Positions 41,050 through 54,690 of a DNA stretch of 64,000 nucleotides are shown here, one piece after another; position 1 is the first letter of the stretch, and each line of letters begins with the position of its first letter. Below the pieces are notes generated by a model that saw nothing but the letters and a program-made list of their open reading frames with translations, had not been told where the DNA came from and searched no databases. Position numbers and translations under genes: made by a program. The DNA is from Octopus vulgaris. Taxonomy: Eukaryota. Location of the stretch: positions 49,290,001 to 49,354,000 of the forward strand of contig OX597820.1 in the NCBI GenBank assembly GCA_951406725.2, given 5' to 3'.

Positions 41050-42420
41050 CATCTCTTCATTCCTTGGCACCACATGGGCTCAACTAACCTACTCTGTTCA
41101 TCTGACACCAACCTTACTTTCTCTCTTCATTCGACGCCAATCTCACGAGGATTGCCACTCACATACCACATCTTCTACCAGCACACCTGCATACCGCCCA
41201 CCTCGAGGACTGCCGCTCACACGCACCACTATATACACACCCATGCACACTGTTCAACTCATTACTCATCTACCACACCATTAACACACAACCACAACAC
41301 CTCACTCCACACACACTTCTCAATACCCACACAATACACCAACAGCCACACATACACAGACAATGTTCAATAGCGTCACTACTCATACAACTATATCAGT
41401 AGCTACAAACACTGTTTAACTCAGTACACATACCACACACCATCGTGCACACTCCCACACCCACACAAGCACATAGCACGTGAACACAGACAATATATAC
41501 ACATACACATACACACATGCATACACGCAGCGCACATAAACACAGGTAAACACACATACACACATATAAATTTCAACCACATACATAGATTATAAACATG
41601 CACACTATTTGGTCACAGTGACACACACACACACACATAAACATGAGCACAGCCACGTGATATAAGCACACATCAACAGGTACACATACGCACATACACA
41701 TACACACGTTACGCACGTACACACACGTCAAACTCACTCGCCCTCATTCACACGTACACACTTATACACTTACACCATTCTCACATACACACACATGTTT
41801 GCGCACCTCTTCATTTTGGGATTTTCCCCCAATCAACACCACTTTGGACCACTGAACTTAACACGTTTCTTGTTCATTCTCTCTCGATTGTAAGAATATA
41901 TACTCACTAGTGGAGGCGCAATGGCCCAGTGGTTAGGGCAGCGAACTCGCGGTCGTAGGATCGCGGTTTCGATTCCCAGATCGGGCGTTGTGAGTGTTTA
42001 TTGAGCGAAAACACCTAAAGCTCCACGAGGCTCCGGCAGGGATGGTGGTGATCCCTGCTGTACTCTTTCACCACAACTTTCTCTCACTCTTACTTCCTGT
42101 TTCTGTTGTACCTGTATTTCAAAGGACCGGCCTTGTTACTCTCTGTGTCACGCTGAATATCCCCGAGAACTACGTTAAGGGTACACGTGTCTGTGGAGTG
42201 CTCAGCTACTTACACGTTAATTTCACGAGCAGGCTGTTCCGTTGATCGGATCAACCGGAACCCTCGTCGTCGTAACCGACGGAGTGCTTCCATATATCCA
42301 TATACTCACTAAAGATTCATCCTAATTCTTCGAACAATCACCGCTCCTTGAACTCCTACCTTCTAACTTCGTCGTCGATTCGTAAAATGCGAATGCGTAG
42401 ACCAAAAATATTAATGAAGG
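41050..42420 (+). mobile_element. Penelope-like element 3' remnant, interrupted by SINE-C
   Basis: From 41052 the frame reads SLHSLAPHGLN*, matching the L-x-T/S-x-x-P-x-GLN C-terminal motif of GIY-YIG endonucleases in PLE ORFs; followed by a long CA-rich 3' region. Confidence 0.5.
41910..42299 (+). mobile_element. SINE-C, full-length young tRNA-derived SINE with 12-bp TSD
   Basis: A box TGGCCCAGTGG (41922-41932), B box GGTTTCGATTCC (41965-41976); perfect TSD ATATACTCACTA at 41898-41909 and 42300-42311. Confidence 0.92.
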
Positions 42421-42671
42421 TACATTTATGTAGCATACGCTTTCATGGTTTGTATGTCTGTACCTGAATTGTTACTGTACATGAATATGCCTATGATGCG
42501 AAGCGATTTATTACGACAAAGGGACTTGACCTTGAAATCTATTCTCCATTCTTGCTTTATAATCTTATTGCTCCTGAAAAGCGCTAATTAGGTGCGCTGT
42601 ATTAAAGGATATACTTTTTATATACCCCTCATAATTATATACATAAATATATATATATATATATATATATA

Positions 42672-42724
<53 letters not shown>

Positions 42725-42973
42725 TTATATATAAAGTAAAGGCTATTTTCCAACATAATATGGCTGTCCTTGGGGGTGGGGTACTGGTGTTTAGCCCCAG
42801 GAAACATCGTTCTCAATTGGCTACACGACAACATATAAGTGTCCTTCTGTGTTCGAACAGGGTGTTCAGCACAAAGCAACATCTGATGACCGGTTTCTGG
42901 GATATTGCACTTTATCAACAGAGACAGATAGATCAATCGATCGATAGGTAGACAGCTAGATAGATAGACAGAC

Positions 42974-43033
<60 letters not shown>

Positions 43034-43924
43034 GGAGGGATGGAGGGAGGGGGGGAGAAATGGATGGATGGATAGATATGGATACTCATGCACACAAAAA
43101 CACACACTCACACATGCACACGCACACACAGATATCAGTATTTACTGATAAACTCAACATCTACCTTTTATATATGAATATATAAATGAAGAATTCCAAT
43201 ACTTGCATCAAAAAATCTCAGAATGCGGTACAATAGTGCAGTAAGTGCATTGATGCACCTGGCAATTGTTAAGAATGGTCAACAACAATAAGAACATCAG
43301 CAGAAGCGACTTTTTATCTTGGCAGGTGCAGCATATCTCTTCTTCGGCTAATTACTTTTAGGTGAGTGCACTGGAAAAATATGCTTGTGTTCATGTATGC
43401 ATTTATATATATATATATATATATATATGCCATTATGTGGTTTGTGTTTCTGTGCTTGTGTATATGTGTGTGTTTGTGCGTGTGTCTGTGTGCATATAGA
43501 AACTGTATGCTTGCTGATACCTTGCTTTTGATATATGTATGTTTCTGTGTATGCATGCATTAGCACTCTCCGCATATAAACAATGTTTAGCCTTACTGTG
43601 TACGTATCGATACGTGCCTGAGAAAAGAAAAAAAAAACGTGTTGGTGACGTTTATGCATACACATGCATATGAGTACGCGTGTGTTTGCGTCAATATATT
43701 TATCTGTGTTATCCGGAAACGTATTTCTGTTACCCTACATACAGACAATCTACGCATGACACAGATTTTCCGGCGTATACCTATGTATATTAGTATGTGT
43801 GTAGCTGCGTGATTATATATTTCTGTATATTCGTTCGATTGTGTATCCTCATTTGTTAAACAGCGAATACTTAATTTTGGCGGGTGAGTTTGTATGCTTA
43901 TATATATCAGTGTATGTATTTATG

Positions 43925-43969
<45 letters not shown>

Positions 43970-43987
43970 CTATCTGTCTATCTACAT

Positions 43988-44028
<41 letters not shown>

Positions 44029-45170
44029 TGTATGTATTTATGTATGTGTATATATATATATAGTCATATGGAACCTACTTATTACAACTAAGTTTGTGTA
44101 TAGATGTATGCGTACGTATATTTATTGAGAAGCTGTTGAGTAAGATAGTGAGTTAATACTTTTTCAATATTATTCTTTCTTCAAAACTTTATGTTCTAGT
44201 CCTGTTCAATTCGATAGCGGCCATTATTGTATTGAATATCTATTGACCATTATTGAGCATAAGTTTCGTATTCATCGAATAATAATTATCGACTATTTAC
44301 AGGAGGTAAATAGAAAGAAAAAAATACAGCATCCTACAGAAAAATTCCCGAGTATAAAAAAAAATCTCCAAGGATCGATTTTCCTTTTCTTAGAGTAAAT
44401 AATTGAAGACGGTTGTAACCATTGTTCCCCTCCCTAATTATTCCTGATATTCAGCTTATGTTGGGGGAATCCTTAGCTCTCAGGATATATTAACTTATTA
44501 TGCAGTTTTCATCCTGTCTTGGTCAATTATAGAATTTTCCCATGATTGCACTTTTTTGTTTCTTTTTCTTTTTTTTTTTTTTTTGGTAGCTATACATCAT
44601 GAATGTACTTTCTGAAAGGGCGAACGGATTTGTTTACATCTGGTCTGTTCGTGTTGTTTATGGACCAAAAGTATTCTAATAACATATCTTACCAAAACCA
44701 GTGTAGTGCGAATGAAGGGCATTCCGTGTAAAATTCTGATGAGGCTGTATTTCAGTACAATTCCATGAACAAACTACTAAAGTGTTCATATAGGAAATTA
44801 CATTTTGATATTTTTATTGACTACTTTTAGATGTATTTAACGAATATTCAAAATGTCAAAACAAATCAAGAACACTAACACACACACACGCACAAACACA
44901 CATACACACACACAAACACATACAAACATATACACACATATGTATGTGTCTACAGATATGAAGGGATTGCTGAAGTAAGTCCAGTGGCCTTTACATCCAT
45001 ACATTTGATGATATCTTGTAGCTGATTGGTTGAGTTTTTCAGTATATTTATTTATACAATGAATGAGAGTTTTATATAGAAATTATAAGTTATATTTGGA
45101 TAAATTTGTGCCAGCATCTGCGGTTATACATATACCACATACTACACGGAGAATACTCAAATTTAAATAA

Positions 45171-45209
<39 letters not shown>

Positions 45210-45519
45210 ATATATATATATATATATATATAATTGAGTGTGTGTGTATGTGTGTGTAAATGCATGCATATGCATACACATACACATACGTGAATCCATA
45301 AATATACAAGGCTTTATTCAAGCATCTGTGACGTTCTCCATAAAAATTAAATGTCACTAATGAGAGATACTCCCAAAATTTTCATGTTGACTATCCGGTT
45401 GTTACATCTGTTAATTAACATGCAAGTGCTTGAGTATCCTGTAGACGCTGGTACATACAAATTTTCGGACCGAATCAATGTAATATGGCGGGATCTCTGA
45501 ACAGAAGACAAAGGTACAG

Positions 45520-45830
45520 GAGGAGGACGAAGAGGGGAGGAGGAGGCGGGGGGAGGGGGATGATGATGATGATGCGAAGGAGGAGGAGAAGAAGAAGAAG
45601 AAGAAGAAGATGAAGAAGATGATGATGAAGATGATGAAGAAGAAGAAGATGATGGAGATGATGAAAATGATGAAGATGAAGAAGAAGATGATGAAGAAGA
45701 AGAAGAAGAAGAAGAAGAAGAAGAAGAAGAAGAAGAAGAAGAAGAAGAAGAAGAAGAAGAAGAAGAAGAAGAAGAAGAAGAAGAAGAAGAAGAAGAAGAA
45801 GAAGAAGAAGAAGAAGAAGAAGAAGAAGAA
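45520..45830. repeat. Purine-rich (GAT)/(GAA)n microsatellite
   Basis: Direct reading. Confidence 0.97.
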
Positions 45831-46274
45831 TCGGCCCAAGTATTACTACATTCGAACACAGTATCTTTGAACTTCGTTCAGAAAAATAAATATTTCAAAC
45901 CACCTCACCGATCTAAGTATTCGCAGACATAATCATTAAATGGACGTGCAAGTTCCTATGAATACCAGAAACATAATTGTCAAGATGGATGAACTTGAAA
46001 TATTATTTAACAGGGGTGACAATTTGAATTACATCTACATTCCAAATGATGGCCATTACCATAGGGAACCCGCATTTCCTATGTCACTCTCAATATTTGG
46101 ATCGATACGAACCTATGGTAAAAGACACTTGCCTCATACATCTTGCAGTAGAATTGAACCAGGGTTATCAAGATTAGAAAGCTCATCACTTACCCACATA
46201 CACACCCACATAAACACACATGTAAGTGTTTGCTTATGCGTGTATGTCTATAAACTACAATACAGTGTCACTCG

Positions 46275-46490
46275 ATGATCGTAGAATTGTGGTTTCACTT
46301 CATGAAATGAGGCACTGTGTTGTGTTCTTGAGTGAATCAATTCATTCCACGATGCTCCTGTACACTCTGTAGGCAAAATCGAGCATTCCAGCGAAGGAAT
46401 AAAGACTCATTGCAAAGAAGAATATACAGCGCTTAAACTGGGGAACTGTCCCTCTAAGTCGATATAACTTAGGCAGGAGTTTTATCCAAT
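46275..46490 (+). mobile_element. SINE-D, degraded
   Basis: GAATTGTGGTTTC...GTGTTGTGTTCTTGAG...TTCATTCCACGATGCTCC...AAACTGGGGAACTG, colinear with 54475. Confidence 0.55.
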
Positions 46491-47321
46491 CCTTAGAAGG
46501 TGTGATGATAGTTGTTGTTGTTGCAGTTCTTCAAAACTATGTCAGCGCAGGTCAGACGCATATAAGATCAGAAATGTGCCATTCGAGACAAACCTTTCTT
46601 TCTGCACATAATTATGTTTCTGTATCGATAAAATTATTTTCAGGGAAAATTAGCTGCTATAAAATGCTGAGAACTACCAATTATATCATTTCTTCGTTGG
46701 CTCGTGGTGACGGGGGAAATGAGATTTTAAACTACTTTCATATTTTTTTCCTTCCCAGATTTGAAATACGCCAAATAGCTAAAAATTGCGATAATGGATA
46801 AGAAAAATTATCACGTTTCAATCATATCTGCACTGAATGTTCGTATTTCTGGCAACTATCATTGTGAAAACTTCGCATAACAGTGACAAAAAAAATGCAC
46901 GTCTGCGATAATGATATTGAACAAATATGATAATAATTGTGTCTCAAACGTAACCCATTTGTGTGCTTCCTAAAATCTACAAATGCAATTACAATTCTTA
47001 ACACACACCTAAATCTATATTTATTATATTTTTTCCATTGGCTTTCTATCACAAGTTACGTTTGAATACATACATATATGCAGACACAAAGTGTATGTAT
47101 GCATCGATTTGTTAGCGTATGTATCTGTGTGTGTGTGTGTGTATATATATGTATATATATAAATGTTTGTGTGTATATATATGTATATATATGTATGTAT
47201 ATATATATGTAAATATATATATATATATATATAAATATATATACATATACATACATATATCTATACATATGCAGATATATATATATACATATAGATTACA
47301 TACACATACACACGCGCGCGG

Positions 47322-47355
<34 letters not shown>

Positions 47356-47559
47356 GTGTGTGTCGGCGCGTGTGTATGGGTACGTATGGAGAAAGCACAG
47401 ATATATATTAACCTCGCTGTACAAGCAGACCCCTGGTTATATCGTAGTTCTCTTTGGAGTACAGGGTAAAGGCGAGTTTCGTTAAACAGCACATGTTCGT
47501 TAAGTGTCTTTAACTTCAACCGACTTACATATTAACGATTCGATACATACACACACACA

Positions 47560-47711
47560 AACATACATACATACATGCATGCATACATAGTTACATACAT
47601 ACATACATACATGCATACATACATGCATGCATACATACATACATACATACATACATACATACATACATACATGCATACATACATACATACATACATACAT
47701 ACATACATACA

Positions 47712-47742
<31 letters not shown>
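47560..47742. repeat. (TACA)n microsatellite
   Basis: Direct reading. Confidence 0.96.
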
Positions 47743-48125
47743 CAGGGAGAGAGAAGAAATAGAAAGAGGCAGTGATTATAGCTTACAGCTACCTTTGAAA
47801 AATGCAATAAACAAGATGTTTTCTTTTCTAATTTGCATATTAGATTATTCATTGCCGTCACTGATTAAGTAAAAACAGTATTGAAACAGAAGTGATATTA
47901 AAAGTGTGTTTGTTGAGTATATAGGTGAAGACGAGGCACTTTATAAGTAGTTTGATTTCCAGTCACATGGATAACGACTCAGGCCCAGAGCGTCACATCT
48001 TCGAGAAGCGCCTTGTTGTACAGCACCTGTCAGGAACACAGTCTCGTGACTGGATCTGGTACAGAGAAACTGAAAGAATCTCGCCTTATATGTGCATGTC
48101 GGTGAGTGTATGTGTGTGTGCATGA

Positions 48126-48167
<42 letters not shown>

Positions 48168-48499
48168 CCGTGTGTATGTATATGCATGTGTTGTAATTTA
48201 CCTTTGTAAGAATGTATATAGAGATAATCATGCAAATATACGAATATAACTGTTTGGGTTTGATATACAAAATATATACACATTTACACATGTAAATGGA
48301 GAGAACGCAAAGGCTGAAAATAAACTGGTGTAGGTACTGCATTTTCTCTATTCACATGTATATAGGGATATATATTTTCTATATCAAACCCAGGCAGTTT
48401 TATTTGTTTTGTTTGCATTATTGTCTCCATATCTGTTTACCTTCGTCTTATAACCACTCTTGACCCCTCCGACTTGGTCCGCGACAGAGATTTGGGAGA

Positions 48500-48675
48500 G
48501 TACGTTCAACTCAATTGAGCGGTGTTTTTCTATATTGAAGACCTTCGGATCTCATCTTGACCCCAAGTATGTATATATGTGTATATTCTTCTGTTTGTGT
48601 TTATCCCCCAACATCGCTTGACCGGTGATGGTTTACATATGCCCTCGAATGTTAGCGGTTCAGCAAAAGATTGGG
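48500..48675 (+). mobile_element. SINE-A internal fragment
   Basis: GTGTTTATCCCCCAACATCGCTTGAC...GTTAGCGGTTCAGCAAAAGA matches the SINE-A body. Confidence 0.65.
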
Positions 48676-48759
48676 CTGCATTTGTCAATCTTCTTTTGAA
48701 AAGGAGAGCCGGATTTACAATATCTTCATGTAACACTAGTTGCATACCTATCAACCTAT

Positions 48760-48904
48760 CACGGATATTTGTACACGTCTTGTTTGTGGTTAACACAACG
48801 TTTTGGCTGATATACTCTCCAACCTTATTCCTAAGGTATTTTTCAATGTAGTTGTTGTTGTTGTTGTTGCTGTTGTTGTTGTTGTTGTTCTTCTTCTTCT
48901 TCTT

Positions 48905-48972
<68 letters not shown>

Positions 48973-48989
48973 TACTACTACTACTAATG

Positions 48990-49028
<39 letters not shown>

Positions 49029-49053
49029 GTAGTAGTAGTAGTAGTAGGAGGAG

Positions 49054-49086
<33 letters not shown>

Positions 49087-49175
49087 GAGTAGTAGTAATA
49101 TTCAGGTCACTGCCTGTAATCGAACTCGGAATCTTGGGGTTAGTATCCCGCGCTCTCAACCACTAGACCATATAG
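48760..49175 (-). mobile_element. tRNA-headed short element with an expanded internal microsatellite and a hammerhead-like tail
   Basis: Head at 49175-49100: TATGGTCTAGTGGTTGAGAGCGCGGG...GAGTTCGATTACAGG (A and B boxes). Compound repeats at 48850-49098. Tail AAGGTTGGAGAGTATATCAGCCAAAACGTTGTGTTA. Confidence 0.7.
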
Positions 49176-49198
49176 AACTGTAATATATATATATTTAT

Positions 49199-49231
<33 letters not shown>

Positions 49232-49413
49232 GCCATTTATGATTATTACGTAATTCTTGGCTTCCTGAAACTGCTGTTAAATTGAGACATTGCATATTTT
49301 CTTTATATATGTATACATTTCATTCTGTATTTACTGTGTCCCGTGTAAATATATCATACATGAAGCCTAACGCTGTTTATCTACATTACTCACTCTCTCC
49401 CTCTCTGTATATA

Positions 49414-49475
<62 letters not shown>

Positions 49476-49661
49476 TATTTTGTGTCTGTATGTGTATGTA
49501 TTGGCGTATAAGATCACATCAAATTCCTTTCGTCGAACGATAATATCCTATGCTATTTCTGTTTGTGTACTGCTTCCCACTGCGACTTAATCTTCTTTCT
49601 TCCTTCTTCAGGGCTCATAAAATATGTTCCGGAAAAAATACTATTCTATTCATTAAAAATC

Positions 49662-49722
49662 TGCTAGACGATGCTCCAGCATGGTCAAGTGCAATGACTA
49701 AAATTGGTAAGAGAATAAAACA
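49662..49722 (+). mobile_element. SINE-A/LINE 3' tail stub
   Basis: ACGATGCTCCAGCATGGTCAAGTGCAATGACTAAAATTGGTAAGAGAATAAAA. Confidence 0.65.
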
Positions 49723-50295
49723 AAATAGAATGACTGTATTTAGACATATTATATGTACAGTGTAATAATATTTTCCAGATAATAATCTAAGAATTAAATA
49801 ATTAGGCAATACTCGAACTTTGGTATGGTGGTGGAGTGTTGATGTTACTCAAAGCCTCCTTTGCCGTAATGTCGTTCGCAAAACAGAGAAAAATTATTAA
49901 AACAGCGGAGTGGAAGGAGGTTATTGAGTCAGAAGTTGAGAGATAGTGCTGCCTAATCGATATTTTATAATCTTGCAGACGTCTTAATATGAAAATTTAA
50001 TACACATTTGATTGGTATTCTTTGTGTAGTTTATTTGTTTTCTGTGCTTTTTATCTCATGGGTCTTATTGCTGTTGCACACTAATTTCAACACCACCACC
50101 ACCACTACTACCAACAACAACAGCATCAACAATAACAATAACAGCAGCAGCAACAACAACACCAACAACAACGGTGACAACAACAACACCAGCAAACTAA
50201 TAACACAAATAATGATTGTTTCATTAGCCACGCGGGCTCAAGGCTTTGGAGAACAGTACAAAAGATGAAATGCGAAGGGAAACAACAAAGAAATC

Positions 50296-50451
<156 letters not shown>

Positions 50452-51774
50452 AATCAAATGAACAAAGACACGTCAATAAATAGGTAAAACTATCAAAGCA
50501 ATAAATGAACAAGTATGAAAAGCAAAATATATTCTCCCAAATTGGGTTGCAATGATATAAAATGATTTGAGGTGCACCTCACAAATTTCCATTTTTATCC
50601 TGCCGCACCAAATGCAAGCGCCATTTTCTCAGTTCTTGCCGGCAAACTACGGCTGCTTTGTTGTATACAGCCATTAAGCCATGGGTATTTCTCGACTCTA
50701 ACTCATCTATGATAGTAGGGAATAGGTGGGTGATTTGGTGAAATTGCGAGGAAAACAACAACTATAATAAAAATAGTAATTGTTCCTTATATAGGCACAT
50801 GGCATGAAGGAAGAGACCTTGTCAATTACATCGACCTCAGTGCCTGAACGCTACTTATTTCGTCGACTTCCAATGGACGAAAGGAAAAGATGACGTCGAC
50901 GAGTCAAAAATTTCTTGTGATCTTCTCACTGCTTGTTACATATTCGATTCGCGCAAGTGAGAGGAAATATTTTTGCTTCATTTTATTTTTTTAACATGGT
51001 GGTTGGGGCGGTTATGTAAGAGTTATTACTTTGAGGCAGACTTTGTTCTCTTTTTTTGTTTTCTGCGTTACTCTCGCGTTTCGTTTGTTGTTTTATTGGC
51101 AAGTAATTGGACAGAATATGAGTTGCGAATATGCTATATTAGTTTATCGGGTGATTCTTCTACAGAATATGTGGTATGGGGGTTTTGTTATATTGGCAAG
51201 CTTTGAGGATAATGTACTGAATGTGTGCTGTGTAAGTTGTGTGATGATAGTTTCAGAGGGTAGTCATATAGCCATGATGTATAAAAAAGATGCTATCTTA
51301 TTGGCTGGTGATTATACTAGGCGTATGCTGTATGAGTTGTGTTGGGGTTTCATACATTGGCTAATATTTAATCTTAGTTGCCTTTCCTCGTTTTTTTTTA
51401 CTCCAAAAACGTGTCTATCTCTTATATGATGCCGTACTTGTAGATGTAGTGCGGGTATATAGGATGAAACTAAAATTTCAAACTATTGTTATTTGGTTCA
51501 GCATTTAGTTGCACATTTTATATTATTGTTATCCGCGGCAAAAGCAGGTTTTTTTGTTGTAAGGTAAACATTTTCAAAGCACAGATTCTGGCACATGTTA
51601 CATTGGCACCATAGCATGACTGCATGAAACTCAGGCTATGACATTCATCTTAAATATTAGAGAAGTGGATTCTGAATTAATTACCGTGTTTATCATTAAC
51701 CGCCATAAGATGATGGGTGGACATTGGTAGAATCAAGGGCGGTGTATTGCTAAAACTGGTAGCAATGAAGCATT

Positions 51775-51972
51775 GTATATTGGCAGATTTGTTATAGCGT
51801 TGGAAAAATGTCTTTTTTATTATTTTCCGCTGTTTATGCTCTGAGTCCAAATCTTGCTAAGGTTAAATTTGCTCTTCACTCTTTCGAGGTTAATAAAATA
51901 TTGTCGATTGGATCAAATATCCATTTATTCACAAAATTACTGGTTTTCCGCCCAAATCTGAAATACGTGTTA
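51775..51972 (+). mobile_element. SINE-B, degraded
   Basis: TGGCAGATTTGTTA...CTCTGAGTCCAAATC...CTTTCGAGGTTAATAAAATA. Confidence 0.6.
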
Positions 51973-52229
51973 TTTTGTTAAACAGTGTGAGATCATCACC
52001 ATATAATTATTTCCATATAGCTTTCTACTGCTCATCATATTAAACAAAATAACAGTACTTTCAATATTGTTATGCATGCGGTAAGTGTCTCTGAGTTAAT
52101 TCTCACAGTATTTTAAATTAATTCGGTTTGGTTTCTTTATGCGTGGGCTTCATATTGTTCGTTATTGTTACACGCTGCAGTATGAAATACTATTTGCTGT
52201 TTATGATAGTAATTTCTCAACGATTATGA

Positions 52230-52795
52230 CAGGGTTAATCGATTAAATCGATTACGGAACATGACTTGTTCCTTTATTTGTCGACTTCGGTGAGAATCGA
52301 ATTCAGAACTGAATGAGGCGGAAGAAATACTGCAAGGTAATTTTCCGACGCTCTGACAGATCTGCCGCACTCTACTGTGTACATAATTGTTTCTAATATA
52401 GGCAGCATGCCCACAAATTTGACAGAAGTAGGTTTGTGCATGAAATCAATCTCAGAACTTAACTATTTTATTTTATCTCGGATCGATGAAAGGTAAAGCT
52501 GGTCTTGGTGGGATTTGAATTTGTAATAAGAAAAGGACGAAGTAATAAATCTGCTAATCCAATTTGTGTATAATCCTTTCTACTATAGGTACAAGGCCTG
52601 GAATTTGTGGGAAGGAGACTAGTCGATTACATCGACCCCAGTGAAGCACTGGTATTTAATTTACTGATACCCCAAAGAAGGGTAAAGACGACGTCAGCGG
52701 AATTTGAACTCAGAAGGTAGCGACAGGTGAAATACCGCTGGGCTTTTTTTTTTTTTGTTCAGCGCGCTAACGATTCGGCCAGCAAACCGCCTTTT
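52230..52795 (-). mobile_element. Three tandem SINE-B copies
   Basis: Units at about 52230-52370, 52388-52560 and 52575-52795; the last has AGTCGATTACATCGACCCCAGTG...TTTGAACTCAGAA...GCTAACGATTCGGCCAGC. Confidence 0.75.
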
Positions 52796-53599
52796 CTAAT
52801 CTGTGTATAACAATGAATAAATTTATTCATTTTTTTTGTATACAAAATGTTTATACATATAAGCCCTGTATGCCATAAGTATATTCTTAAGTATTGGTTC
52901 TACTTATCTTTTTCGTTTGTTAATTTATTCTTGAATTCAGTGACTATAATTGAGGGAAGGAGATTTGAAGAAAGTTGGTAAGACCAAGCGAAAGTAGATT
53001 CCCTACAATATATATCTATTATTTTCTTTTTCAACTCAAATAAGAGTTAAACCAATCTAGAGGTGGTAGGATCTGAATTAGGAAAACAACTGAACTAAAT
53101 GCTATACTATCTCTTTACTAAAAAATCCGTTAGCTTCTCATCAAACCTGATTGTGCTCACTTCCAAATACTTTCTATACTTTGAAATATGTTCGCGGATT
53201 TCATTCAACTTAAGATTTCTTAACATAGATGTACTAAAAAAAAAGGGTTCACTCATGTAAACATATTAAAATCATACTAGTGTTAAACACTTTTCTCAGC
53301 TTCGGTTGAAAAATATACAACTCTGTATATTCATTTAGTGATTTATTCGCTAAAATTCTAACATTCATTACAACATTATATTTTTTCTGAATATCATAAA
53401 GGCAGCTGAAATGACTGAATGTAGCATTGTTATTGCCATAAAGACCTAATATTAATAATGAATATAATCTTTATTTTGACACCATATATTTACCGCAATT
53501 TCGTCTTTTTCGTATGTTCCAATCACTAAAAATATTTTCATTTATCAAGTGAAGTCAAGTCAGTTTGGACGAACTCCTGAATAGTGGATATAGCTGGAA

Positions 53600-53900
53600 T
53601 ATTTCTCATATTATACTTGATAAGATATATCTTCAACATTTGCTGTCTGTTCAACTAGACAATAATTATTGGGTAACATTTGTTCCGCACGATAGCTGAG
53701 TTATATCGACTTTGGCATAAAAAAATACAGAGATAATTCTCCTTTTCCGTTACAGGTAGTTTTGGATCTAGTAAGCATAGAATATATTTGGATCGTTGCC
53801 ATTCAACATTTCAAAGATAACTTTAGCAGTCTGTACAGCCAAATGTAATGTCTACGGAGATAAAGTCTCTAACAATTGGAGTTATCCGCTTTCAATGCGA
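53600..53900 (-). pseudogene. Possible very old CR1-type ORF2 C-terminal relic
   Basis: Minus strand LETLSP*TLHLAVQTAKVI..NGNDPNIF plus a frameshifted WNKLPNNIV-like stretch; weak similarity only. Confidence 0.3.
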
Positions 53901-54087
53901 ATACAGTAATTGGGCTAAGATAAATGAAGCATTTTCTTTACACTAACCTTATTAAAATTGTTTTCTTTTTCAACACTTTTCATTATCGCTACATTTAAAC
54001 TACAGACTGTAGTCGAGATAAGAAAGAAGACATGCCAACGCTAGCGAAAGAGACAAGCCAGCAAGGGAAACAAGCCAAGAAAAGCAT

Positions 54088-54275
54088 CTACATGGTCACT
54101 TGCTCTGGCAGAAATAGAAGCAAAATTTCTCTTAAATCACGACCTTTCAGCAAAGAAGACAGGCTTATCAAAAAACACGCCGGATGATACATATTCGATA
54201 TATTGTGCATGCAAAAAGTGGAATTGGACAAGATTGGATAGCTTTCAATAAAAGATCTATTCAATATGTACCAAT
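54088..54275 (+). mobile_element. Family E interspersed repeat
   Basis: CATGGTCACTTGCTCTGGCAGAAATAGAAGCAAAATTTCTCTTAAATCAC, shared with 57205 and 61820. Confidence 0.6.
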
Positions 54276-54474
54276 TTGCCTTTCATCCTTCTGTGGTCAA
54301 TAATAAGTACAAATCCAGGATTGTAGATTCGTGGAACGTTGAGAAAATCGACCGGATGGCTTGCCGTATTCGGATTTGTTCAGGCTGTTTCTATGCTAAA
54401 TTTATTTCCAACCGTAGCCTCCATGGTGATTGACTTAATCCGTGATTTGATTTAATGTGACCATTAAACTCACT

Positions 54475-54690
54475 TGTGTAGGAGCATGATTTAGTAGTTA
54501 AGGTACTGGACTCATGTTAGAAAGATTGTGGTTTCGATTCCTGGACCAGGTGATGCATATTATGTTCTTGAGCAAAACACTTCATTTCACGCTGGTGGTA
54601 AAATGAACAATCCTGCGACGATCCGACGTCCCGTTCAGGTAGGAATATATACATCAGAGGAACTGGGAAACCGACACTGTGCTCCTTACA
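54475..54690 (+). mobile_element. SINE-D
   Basis: TAGTAGTTAAGG A-box region, GGTTTCGATTCC B box, TTCTTGAGCAAAACACTTCATTTCACG core, CCTGCGACGATCCGACGTCCCGTTCAGG tail. Confidence 0.8.

Noticed and set aside
42595-42635. Mariner-like TIR fragment (minus TATGAGGGGTATATAAAAAGT; similar near 44958)
   Set aside because: No partner end or TSD identified.
44735-44775. CTGATGAG followed by a small hairpin (similar CTGATGA hits near 7940, 13590, 36296 and 42884)
   Set aside because: No correctly placed GAAA, stem III or stem I, so these are not hammerheads.
49100-49175. Functional tRNA gene
   Set aside because: The acceptor stem does not pair and the sequence runs into a microsatellite; treated as a SINE head. 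The same applies to 41910-41985.
50950-51420. Overlapping 77-aa and 132-aa ORFs / possible Jockey- or I-type LINE relic
   Set aside because: GT-skewed sequence with no diagnostic motif that I can confirm.
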